64,000 bases of DNA, from NCBI GenBank assembly GCA_026025795.1, contig JAPEUG010000048.1, positions 1-64,000 of the forward strand, read 5' to 3'. Positions 48,560-59,566 of this stretch are shown in pieces. Origin of the DNA: Thelocarpon superellum. Taxonomy: Eukaryota. The notes below the pieces were generated by a model. It was not told the DNA's origin and ran no database searches. It worked only from the letters and a program-made list of their open reading frames with translations. Each line of letters begins with the position of its first letter. Position 1 is the first letter of the stretch. The position numbers were made by a program, and so were the translations under genes.

Positions 48560-49342
48560 TCACAGCGTCACCATCGTAAGTTCCCACTTGCCCCACCCTG
48601 TGATGGATAGTCCACACCCGCGACCGCATGTTTCGATCTTATTGAATCTGGGAATCGACCCATGTCAGTCCGTCACGTCTCGTCTCGGATGGAAGCAGGC
48701 GGACGCGGATGGAAAAGCACGATTGACGTAGAGGAAAAGCACTCACCCCCAATACAACTCGCCTAGATTCGCAACGGATCGTATGCCGGGCCGATTGTTC
48801 TGGAAGCTCGCCTTGCATCCCGTCAAGTTCCCGCCCGGGGTGCTGGGTGTGGTGCTGAAAGCGCTTCGAGACATCTCCTTGTAGGTGTCGGTGAGGGGGT
48901 CGATCAGAGCCACGGGCCACGCCATGGTCTTATTGTCCAGCTCGCCGGCTATGGCCTCAAGGGTGAAATTGACCGCGTCGGCACATTCGGCGGGCGCACA
49001 GAAGACGTCGGGCCGTTCCAGGTAACAGAGCGTCAGGTAATCCGAGGGGGTCACATTCATCCACGTGTTGCCGCCGTCATCGGTGACACCTGCGCCGTCG
49101 GCGAACGGGTCTGGGTGTTTGGGTGTTTCTTGCCCCGGCGGTCCCGGCGGGGTCTTCCCATCACTGTCACCAGTCTCGCCCGGCGGCTGCCATGGGTTGT
49201 AACTGTCTACCGAGGTGTTCAAGGTCGCGTTTGGGTCGTCGTCGAATGGTCCCTTCTTGACAAGGTCGTTGGGCGGCCCCGGGTCGACAGACTCGGCTAC
49301 GATGACGATCGCGGCCACGAAAAGGCCCATGGAGAGGAGCAT
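48560..49342 (-). CDS. Orphan secreted Cys-containing protein (227 aa); exons 49342..48747 and 48647..48560
   Basis: Signal peptide MLLSMGLFVAAIVIVAES and a Pro/Asp-rich pro-region. The intron GTGAGT...CTGAC...CCAG adds FNKIETCGRGCGLSITGWGKWELTMVTL* in frame, giving six Cys in total. Confidence 0.7.
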
Positions 49343-51204
49343 CTTGTCGGAATCCGTCCTTGCGTAGCCGTGTGGTTGCCTGACTGCCTGGCTGCCTCTC
49401 CGTGTGACTGCGTCCGGCCAATGCAAGCCACTCCACCAGTGACTGTGTAGGCTGCCGTCACACTGCGCTTCACTGCTCGTCACGTAAGAGGCTCATGAGG
49501 AGACAGACGAAGAATGACCCCACGGTGAAGACGAAGGTGGGACGTGGAGAGAGAGCGAAACGTGAAAGGGACGAGCGACCAGGTCACGTCCAAATCCTCG
49601 TGTCATCCACGCCCTGAGACCGTGGGGCCCTGTCGGGTTTTGTGCGGCGGGGCCGGCGCGTGCGAGCGGGTAGCCACGTTGATGAAGGTGAGCCTCCCCG
49701 TCTTGGGCCCCCCACCACGATGCCAAGTCACGTCAGCTGAATAATTTCGCTCAGTTCATCCAGCAAGCAATGCCTGGCAAAGTCTTCCTCGGATCTTGCC
49801 CGCCCTCCTTGCACATGTCATAGCTCATGGCTGGCAGGCGGCGCGTGGGTTCGGGCCGAGTGGTGTGCACGCGGCAGCAGGAAAAGGTTGGGTGGAGTGC
49901 TCTCCTCCTACCCCGGCGGCGGACTAGTGAACGCGGCCTCACGGTCAAGCTTCATCGTGCCGGCCAGCCAGGTCTCTGCCGGCGACGGAAACGAGAGAAC
50001 GAAGGACATGAAGGGAAGGGGGAAACGAGGGCACGTAGGATCGCATCCTACCGCGCCATGGGGCGACAAGGCGACCAGACTCGGATCTCGGACGTGGCCC
50101 CGATGTGCCAGCAAATCATGCGTGAGGTGCGCGGTGTGCTTGGTGTTTCGCCGGGTGGCCGGCCTGGGGCATTTGCCGACCGGTACCATGACCCCGGAAC
50201 CGTGGATCGGTCGAGGGATTTACGCGGATAGTTAAGGCGCATCGGCGGGCTCGATGACCTACTAGCACTCTAGGGAGGCTACGACGGGCTAGTCGTCTCC
50301 TCCCTCATCCCATCGACTCGTTCACGCTGCTAGCAGTGCTCGTCGTAGGAGTATCGACTCGATTGACCGACCGACCGACTGACTCACCGCATGCATCGAC
50401 GAGAGCTGCTCGCTTGGCAGGACATCTGCCTTGCTCCTCGCGTGGTATGGCGCATTGGAAACACGACCACTCTACCTGAGGTGAGATGCTTGTACGCGGC
50501 AAGATGCCGGCGGGAATCCCATCCGAGTCGTCGGTAGACGGAGTACTTGGCGCGGTAAGCTGAGCATGCTCTTCGTACGTCCTACCAAGTCCCAAGAACC
50601 ACCCAGGTCGTCTCAACGACGACGGTGACCGCTCGCCGCTTCCACACCACTCACTGCACCACGTTGATGCCAAACTCTATCGGTCGACCAAGTATCATCC
50701 CGGTACCAGTGCGAGCAGGCCGACGAATGAACGGTCATGGACGGCCGTTCGGCCAGCCGACCAGCGTGAGGGCCGGCTCCCTTGCTGGCTGGAGGGTCCG
50801 CATGGCATCCATCCGACAGGGACGAAGAAGAGCGATGAAACGAAGCGAGACTCGACAGGCGCGACAGAAAGAAAACGAACCGAAGCAAACCGAATGAGCG
50901 GAATCAAGAGCTGAGCCATGATGAATGCGGGCCGTCGAGTCATCGCCATCACGCTTTGGCGTTCCGTGTTCCTGTTTCGCATCCGCAAAGTCAGACGTGG
51001 TGCTCGCGGAGATCCCACACAAGCTCCTCTATCAAGGCTCCTGTACCGACAGCTACCATCTTACGTTGCTAGCTAGGGAGCATGCAATGCCAGCAAAAAT
51101 GTGATGAGAAATGCCAACCAAGGCCCCTGTCGCGCGCCCCACGCTATGTGATGCTCCGACCATGCGCCAGTCCCCGTGTCACAGCAGCGGTCTCATTTCC
51201 TTCC

Positions 51205-53919
51205 TCAAACCTTCGCGTCCACGTCGCCAAGCTTCTCTGGCGCCATGTCCTCAGGCTCCTCCGATGCCTGGTTCTCGGGTGCCTCGGGCGCCTCGGATGC
51301 CCCGTTCGTATCCGTCTCTGCATCCTTGCCCCTGTTCATCTCGAGGGGAGCGTCACCCACGGTCGATGCAATTCCCTGCTCGTCGACACCCGCCGCGTCT
51401 TCACCCTCGCCGCCGATGCTTCTCCTATTTCTCCGCCACGGCCGCAACCAGAGGTAGAGCCCCACACCCACCAACAGCGTCAACAGCAGGCAGCCCACGC
51501 TGGCAAAGGCGGCAGCCTCAATCTTGCGTCGTCGATCGTCGGTCGACGGCGGCGGCGCGACGGGCGTGAGCGGTCCCGCCGCCGGCGAGGGTGGGGGAGC
51601 CCCGGTCGTCCAGTTGGCCGGCTGGCTCCCCAGCACAAAATCCATGCGTCCGCCTTGGGCGAAGACATCGTTCCACACGAGCCAGCTCTGGTTCCACGCC
51701 TGCCCGTTCACCTGCAGCCGCTGCACGTAGTAGGCCGTGTCACTGTTGCCGCCGGTGCTCGTGATGACGAGTTGCTTCGACGCGCCCAGGTCGATGGTCA
51801 TGTTGCCCAGCCAGGGCGAGCCGATGAGGAACGTCGTCTGTCCCGTAAGTGGATACAGCCCGATCATGTTCCACAGCAGCCAAGACTGCATCGCCCCGGC
51901 GTCGCTGTTGCCCGGGAGCCCGCTCGTGCCCGTGCTATAATAGGTCTTGGCGATGAAGCGCGACCGCTTCACGCTGAGGTCTTGACGGCCCGCAAAGTTG
52001 AACAGATACGGCGACGCGAAGTCCGGCTCGTTTCCTGGATCGATGATGGTCTGCTCAAACTGCGGGTTGCCGCTTGGGTTGACCATGGGCGTGAAGATGG
52101 TGTCCAGCTTCTGCACGAAACGCCGGGGGCCTCCGCAGAGCTGCACCAGCGTGCTCATGTCGTGGTGCGTCGTGAAGGCGTACTCCCACGGCAGGGCCTC
52201 GAAGACGGCCCCGCGCCAGTAACACCCACCCGCCCCACTGCACGAGAGCGGATTGAATCCCGAGGCGAAGGCGCCCGACGTGTCTCTGGGCGCCAGGAAG
52301 CCATTGAAGCCGAGCGAGGCGACTTGGGGGTTCCAATGATTTTGCCAGTTGCGCGACGAGCGCAGGTATTTCTCCGCGTCACTGGCCCGCCCCAAGCCCT
52401 GGGCCACCTGAGCCAAGCCAAAATCGTTGCCCGCGTACTCGAGCGCCCGCGAGACCGAGCGCGAGAAGCGCGTCGTGATGTAGCCCAATTGCCGCCAGTC
52501 CGGCAATGCCCCGCGACCTTCCTTGGTCGAGCTGTCGGGCGCGCGCGGATCGTGGTTGTTGGGTGGCGTCACCTCAGCGTCGGTGACCATGGCCTGATAC
52601 CCGTCCTGCCAGTTGATCTGCCCCCGCACTCCCTTGACGTAGGCGTCCGCCAGGACCGTGTCTGCGTTGGACCCGCCCTCCGTCTTGCCGTTGAAATTCG
52701 AGGACCGCCCATCCGGCATGAAGCCCTCGTGTCGCCAGACATCGATGATGGAGCGCAGCAGTTCCTCGTACGCCACCGGCTGCAGGATGTGCATGAGCGG
52801 CATGTGCGAGCGAAACAGATCCCACAGCGTGTAGAGGTCGTCATAGTACGGCTCGCTCGACGTCCACAGTGGGTTTTCACCCGTGCGATTGGACGGCATC
52901 ATATGCATCCCATAAAGCGACGAATACAACAGGTTCAGGTTCGTCGGATCCGTGTCCGTCGTGGTGATCTTGGACAGCACCTGCGTGTTCCACCGATCCT
53001 GCGTCGCATTGGCCAGCGATGTCAGGCTGGCCGATGTGGGCGCCTCGTCCTGTACGAATTGGCACGCCTTGGCCGACGAGATCCACGAGATGCCCACATT
53101 CGACGTCACCGTCGTGTTCGCAAAGGTAAACACGGCCCCTCGTCGATCGCTCCCAGACGTCGCGTTGCCGACGACGTAGCTGGCGAGCTTGGTGCCGGTC
53201 CCATGGAACGTCTTGATCGCGGTCGGGGGTGGGTCAAACACTCCGCAGAAATAGATGGTCCAGTCGGGCGCAAGGTTCCAGCCATTGTTGTAGGTGCCAC
53301 TGCCCTCGTAATGGCCGTCCGCGAGCACCGTGATATTGCCCGACGTAAAGTTCTGGCCCAAGCCATCGTTGCCCGACGTCAACCGGTGGGAGAGGTCGAC
53401 AACGACGTTGGCGGCCTGGTTGGCCGGGAAGGTGTACTGGTACATGCCCGTGTGATCCGTGGCCGCGAGTTCGACGACGACGCCCGACGACAAGGACGAC
53501 TTGTAGTACCCCACCTGGGCCACGTCATGCACCGGGCGGCGGACGGAGAGATCCTGGAGCGGATTCGACACCGCGCCGACCACGGGCATCTGCGACACGA
53601 CGCCGTACTTGGGGGAGCCGCCGGTGCCGGACTCGTGCATCATGGAGAAGCCTGTGATGGTGCCCGTGGTCGAGTATCCCGACACGGACGCGCCGACGTC
53701 GGGGCCAAGCTTGACCACGCCGAAGGGCATCGTTGGCCCCGGGAACATATTTCCGCCGCCATCCGTGCCGAGACTGAAGGCGGCCAGCCGTCAGCACTAT
53801 TCCATGACGACAACACCTAGGCCGGGCCAGACTCACAAGGGGAGCACATATTGAGTGTAGTCCGTGGCGGCGGTGGTGCACCCGACCAGCAGGAGGCACC
53901 ATAAGGCCCGACACCACAT
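51205..53919 (-). CDS. GH92 alpha-1,2-mannosidase with C-terminal transmembrane anchor; intron 53774-53836
   Basis: Signal peptide; GGNMFPG..PFGVVKLGPD, HESGTGG.PKYG, TLWDLFR, TEGGSNAD, SVSRALEYA.NDF, DPGNEPDF and GLPGNSDAGAMQSW. Confidence 0.93.
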
Positions 53920-55245
53920 GGACACGGTCGAGATGAAGGAAAGCGGTCTGCGCATGGAAGGTGCATGTCGAGGGCGAGTGGGCACAGCGGGCGAGACGCG
54001 GGAGAGTGATTTTCAAAGAGCGTGCATTTGCGTGAGGCCCCTTATGAAAGGAGAGGATGGCACGGCGTTGGTGACAGAGCGGGCCGCGGACGGCGAAGGG
54101 ATGAGGCCATTAATTCAGTCATGCTAGCATGTTGGTCAGGAGCAGAGGGTGCGTGGGGCCGACCCGGTGCCGACTGCGCCTCTGTAGGGTCTGCCTCGTG
54201 CCCGGAGCAGTACCCTACAAGTAAGATGCGAGAGATGTTTGGCTGGCGTGCGCGACGGCATGCGCCACGACACACGGACGCGCTGTAATCCGCAGCACGC
54301 TCTTTGGACGGCAAATCGCACCATTTCCTGGTACCTGACGCGCTAGACGCGTTACGGTACGCCTTTCATGCAAAGGCATGCATGGGGCCGCTGCTATGGA
54401 CGGGGCGCCTGCTATGGCCAGGGCCCGAACTTGACACCTCATAGGGCCGACCGCAGCCATGCCTGAACGGGCCAAGCGGATGGCGGCCACTGAGCCCCTC
54501 CGGTTTCACCGCCGCTGGTGCGGGCCCGGCTGACTCCCTCACGCCTTCCACGCAGTGCTAGCCCTAGCGTCTAGACCATCGTCCAGACCCCATGGACTCG
54601 TAGGAATTTGTTGGAATCGTGAGCTGAACCATGGGGCCAGATGTTGAATCCCTGACCGCGCCCCAGTGCTACCAAAGGTCGAGAGCAGCACTTGTACTCG
54701 GATGATCAATTGTACTCGTAAGAAGTCCTTCGTACTGCGGTAGCGAGGGCGGGCTAAACTGGACGTCGCAGTAACGTAGTGGAGCGTCTGAAATGTGACC
54801 TTCCTTTCACCGCGAGAGCCCCAGAGACCTCGTACGACCAAGCCAAACTCAGCCCCCGCCAGCCAAAGCGTCCAAGCACGAGCATTGTAGGCGGTCTTCT
54901 GTTCAGCTGTGGCACGTTCGAATCTCGTCGCCCGTAAGAGTGATTCCACTTTTCGTCTATCTACCCAGCCTACGACACCCGAACGTCGGTACACCATCCG
55001 TACCGCAAAGATGCTTCTGCACTGCATCGAGGTCACCGTCCTGGTCTGTAGCGGCCGAGTCCTGGACCGCCTCACCCATTCCACGCGGTGAGATGCATGA
55101 TCTTAGGTGACTGAAAGAGACGGGTACACGACGCATTTCGCGTGGCCCATGTCCTTCGTATAATATGCATGACCTCAGTCGTTACGGACGGAACGTCACG
55201 AGGAAACCTCGGTTTGTCGCTGACATGATCCCATAAGCTAGACGA

Positions 55246-56663
55246 TTATAACTTCTTTGAAAATGTCACAGTGTTCCAAAACGACATGGAAAGTTTCATC
55301 ATCTTCTCTTCCATCTCCGACAGGTAGAAGCGCCATGACTTCTTGGCCCGTCCAAGTCCGGTGGCATTCCAGATGTCTTCATGGCGGAGGATGTCCTCAA
55401 CAGTGTCTACCACACTCTCCTCCAAGCTTCGGTATGTCCAGTCTTTCCCAAACACCTCGTGACTCCTCGACACATCCCAGCCCGTGGGATGCACTCCGCT
55501 GGGGAAGATCTGAGCCGGATTGCCCTCGGCCACTTTGTCCTTGAGTTTTGGGAAATGCCGGCGAATGGTATTCGCCACAAGCTGTGGCGTGATTACTCCG
55601 GAAACGAGTAGAATCCGCTTGTTCGAAGCGCCGGGGGCCGTCATAGCGAGAACAAGGCCCTTAGCGACCTCTCGAACATCTACCTGGTCGCCATCTGGGT
55701 CAGATTGTGCTCCTTCGAAGATGAGATGTTCGCAACTGGGGCTTCTCACAAAGTGATAGAACGGAAACACGACAGGCTCGATTGCTTTGTGCGTGCCGTC
55801 CATGAAGCTGTAGATGGCAAACCTGTTGGTCTCATTGATTGAGTGGGGACCAGGCATAGGATGCAGCATCGGGCCAATGACGATGTCCGGGTTGATGACC
55901 GTCAGGTCGAAGGCCGTCTTGTTCTCATCCATGAACTTCCACGCCGCTTTCTCGGCCAGCTTCTTCGACGCGTTGTACCCGAGTACCGCATCTCGGCGCT
56001 CAATCGCATCCTTTGCTGTTACCTGGACGGTGACTCAGCCGATCGCCTCAGAGCCAGGATACCTCGACGTAGACGATGGCAAACTCACCGGATTCCAGTC
56101 CTCCTCGGTGTAATCTCTCCCAGCAACACCTTCGTCAGCAAACGAATCTAGGACGGCCACGGCGCTTCCAAGAAGTACGGCGCGCTTGATTCTTGAGCCT
56201 CCCAACTTGTGGGCGCTCTGGAAGAGCCCGATTGTACTACAAGAGAGTCAGGCATGCCTGCGCGAAAAGGACGAGACCTGAGATGAGTCCTACCCTTGGA
56301 CTGCAGGATCGATCAGGTCCTTCTGGATATCGTTGACCTTGAACGTGACAGGTGACGCGGTGTGGACGATGAAATCGTATGGCTTGTCGAAGAGCTTGTC
56401 AAAAGCGTGGGACGCACTCAAGTCTGGCACGAAGCTGAAGTGGACCTTTCCTTCCCAGGCTGCATGTTTCTTCAGGAGCTGCTGAGCCTTGTCCTCCGAT
56501 CGAACCGACGCTGTCACATCGTAGCCCGACTATAGGACCATCAACCTCGCATCTCACGAGCGGAACTGGATAGCACTCTTGCCTCGATTAATTGCGCCAC
56601 TGTGTGTGATGCAATGAAGCCATTTCCGCCAGTTATCAGGACCGACTGCTTGTTTCCTGCCAT
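55246..56663 (-). CDS. Gre2/Ari1-like NADPH-dependent aldehyde/methylglyoxal reductase (extended SDR), 5 exons
   Basis: VLITGGNGFIA, HTASPV, LIDPAVQG, YNASKKLAEKAAW, INPDIVIGP and VDVREVA. Introns lie at about 56531-56582, 56238-56294, 56023-56088 and 55684-55749. The exact C-terminus is uncertain. Confidence 0.88.
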
Positions 56664-57380
56664 TTTTGGCCAACAGCGACATTCGCAAGGTGCTTCACCT
56701 CACCATGGCTTGATCAACGAATACAGAAATGGACAGGTGCGGGGTACAGCTGACAATACAACAATATGCTCTCAGTCGTCCGTGATTGCTTACTCACGGG
56801 CTGTTAATCCCGCAACCTGTCGCCGCTCACTGTGACCAGCAGCGTCATATTCGCTAGCATTTGGGAACAGCAGGCATCGTAAATGCGCATCTGATGAACC
56901 TGACTCCAGCACCGTAATCAGTGGCGTGGGTGCGGGTTGGCCCGCCCTCCCTACCGGCACCTGCCAGCAATTACTTCTTAGCTGCTTGCGGGACGTCTTT
57001 GTGGTGAAGCAGCTGGCGCACGAGCGGACCAGATCGCACAATAAGGCTTCACCTCACCAGGAATAGCTGTTGCTTGAAGCTTGGCGGTCGTGGTTGGTGA
57101 GGCGCTCTTGAGTCTCAAGCCTTCGTCCCCTGAATGCTACGACCCCAAGGGTAAAGCGGAATGGGGACAACTGAAGAGCCGCGGGGGAGGTGGGAGGGAG
57201 CCATAGTCGTAAATGGTTGGAGATCCTCTGGCGCGAACGTTGGTATTTGCATCTTCATCTTCATCATCGTCTTGTGCTTCTTCGTTCTCGTCTTCCACTA
57301 AATGACAGGCTCATGGCTCCGCATTATTATACATCACGTCAACATCGTCGGCTTAGCTTCACGGCCCGCGGTCTTTCGGT

Positions 57381-58860
57381 CTATAGTCGCTTGATGATGG
57401 CATCGGCATATTCATGTGTCTTGGCCTTTCCGCCGAGGTCGCCCGTGAGGGCCTAATTGGATCGTGTCAGCAGCGGTCACGATGGCGGCGGAGGATGGAA
57501 CCATCTCACCTTGCCCTCAGCCAGGGTGGCGAAGATGGCCTTCTGGATCTTCTCGGCGTGCTCATGCAGGCCCATGTGTTGCAACATCATGATGCTGCTC
57601 AGCAACAGCGCGGTCGGGTTGGCCAGACCCTTACCGGCGATATCGGGCGCCGAGCCGTGGACGGCTTCGAAGATGGAGCATTCGTCGCCGATGTTGCCCG
57701 ACGGCGTCAGACCCAGCCCGCCAATCAAGCCGGCGCACATGTCGGACAAGATGTCGCCGTACAGGTTGGGCATAACTAGCACCTTATCGGCGTAGGGGGC
57801 CGGATCGGTGACGATGCGCAGACAGGTGTTGTCGAGCAGCTCGGCGTCGAACTCCACGTTGGGGAAGTCCTTGCTGATCTCGCGCGCCGTTCCCAAGAAC
57901 AGGCCGTCGCTCATCTTCATGATGGTGGCCTTGTGCACCGCCCGCACCTTCCGCTTGCCCACCTCCTCCGCGTACTGAAAGGCAAAGCGCAGCACCCGCT
58001 CACTCGCCTGGCGCGTGATGAGCTTGATGCTCTGCACTACCCCGTCCACCACGACATGCTCGATGCCCGAGTATTCGCCCTCCGTGTTCTCTCGGATGAG
58101 CACCGTGTCTACATTGTCATACGGCGTCTTGTAGCCGGCGATCGACCGGCATGGACGCACGTTGGCGAAGAGGTTGAAAGTGCGGCGGAGAGTGAGGTTG
58201 AGCGAGACATGCCCCTTGCCGATCGGTGTCTGTCCGCCGAGATATGGCCATCAGCTTCACGTGTTTGACATAGATCAGCGTCGTTGGGAGCGACGTACGG
58301 CCAAGGGTCCTTTCAGAGCCACGTAATTCTTCTGCACGCTCGCAATCGACTCATCCGGGATCACCGTCTTGCCATCCTTCAACGTGGGCGTCACATCGAC
58401 CGGCTCCCATTGGATGGGCACCTGATCAACATTAGCCGCGGGGCCCCTGTGAGCCGGAGGGATATCGGGGGCGCCTCACCTTGGCCGCGGCAAAGATGTC
58501 TTTGACCGATTGAGAGATCTCCGGACCGATCCCGTCCCCCTCGATCAACGTCACGGTGTAATTACCCTGAAGGCACGGCGCCATTAGTCCAGCGCCACGT
58601 TCACGGCGTCGACTCGCTCACATTTGGTCCTTTCTTGCCCTTGAACTTGGCCACCTTCTCCGCCTCGGCTACATAAGTGCGGCGTGGGACCTTGGTCGGT
58701 CGGACGAACACGATCAGCGCCAATGGCCAGTGGCAAGGTGGACGATGCGAGACACCGCTCGGTCACAAACCTGTGTCAAGGCCGGAGCCCATGATCGTGT
58801 GGTGGGTCCAGAGCGTAGACACCGTCGGGCCGGTGCCGCCCAGGCACGGCAGGCTAACAT
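57381..58860 (-). CDS. idh2: Mitochondrial NAD-dependent isocitrate dehydrogenase, catalytic subunit; multi-exon
   Basis: Arg-rich presequence ([16 protein letters not shown]), [54 protein letters not shown] and last exon [11 protein letters not shown]. Confidence 0.93.
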
Positions 58861-59566
58861 GCTGGAGAGATGAGAGGTGACTGGCTCAAGACGGGGCAGC
58901 ACGTCTCAATTCGCGTGCATCGATGGCGAACGAGCTATTCTGTGCAGGGTATCCAAGTCATGAAGGACCAAACGCGATATGTTCACTTGCCAGGGCGGAG
59001 GATCGGCGGTACCGGGACCGTCGCTGTTGCTACCTGTTCTCTGATCCTCTGTCTCGAAGAAGCAACTGGGGAATTGGGGCCGCCCGTCGGCTGCGCGTTG
59101 CCGTTTGCCGTTTGCCGGCTGGGACTGGCGCCACTTGACTGGACCTTTGCCGAACGCCTCTAATAGAAGCCTTGCGGGACAAGGTCCAGTTAAGCCAGTT
59201 CGGTGCCGATTTCACGCACGAACCAATGATAGTGACGGAGCCGTGCAGCTTCAAAGCCGCAGTCCCCCGTAGTCATACTCCACTCCACATGTTCGAGCAT
59301 ACGACGCGCGCGTTGATGCGTGCCAACTTTGCCCGTGGTCGTGATAGTTATTGCATCTTTTGACCAACTCAAGCGCCGCCCCATCGGGGCAGGCATGCAT
59401 CGCAAACCAAGAGGTGTTCGGTCGATATTGGTAGCACCACAGCCAGACCGGCGGATGAATTCTCGTACGCTCCTACTCGGCCCTGCTCACGCCGCGACGT
59501 CAAACGTTCTACAGCGAAACGTTCGGATCGAGAACTTTCAACTGCGAGGCAGCATTAGATCGAGTC

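Noticed and set aside
49343..51204. Short ORFs between the secreted gene and GH92, likewise 53920-55245
   Set aside because: No motifs, splice structure or codon bias; treated as intergenic.
51082..53820. 912-aa plus-strand ORF
   Set aside because: Antisense shadow of the GH92 gene. High GC3 codon bias removes stops on the opposite strand, and the product is Arg/His-rich with no motifs.
55246..55260. C-terminal SKKL of the reductase as a peroxisomal PTS1, and stop-codon readthrough signals generally
   Set aside because: KKL is not a canonical PTS1, and I saw no TGA-CTA readthrough context at the stops examined.
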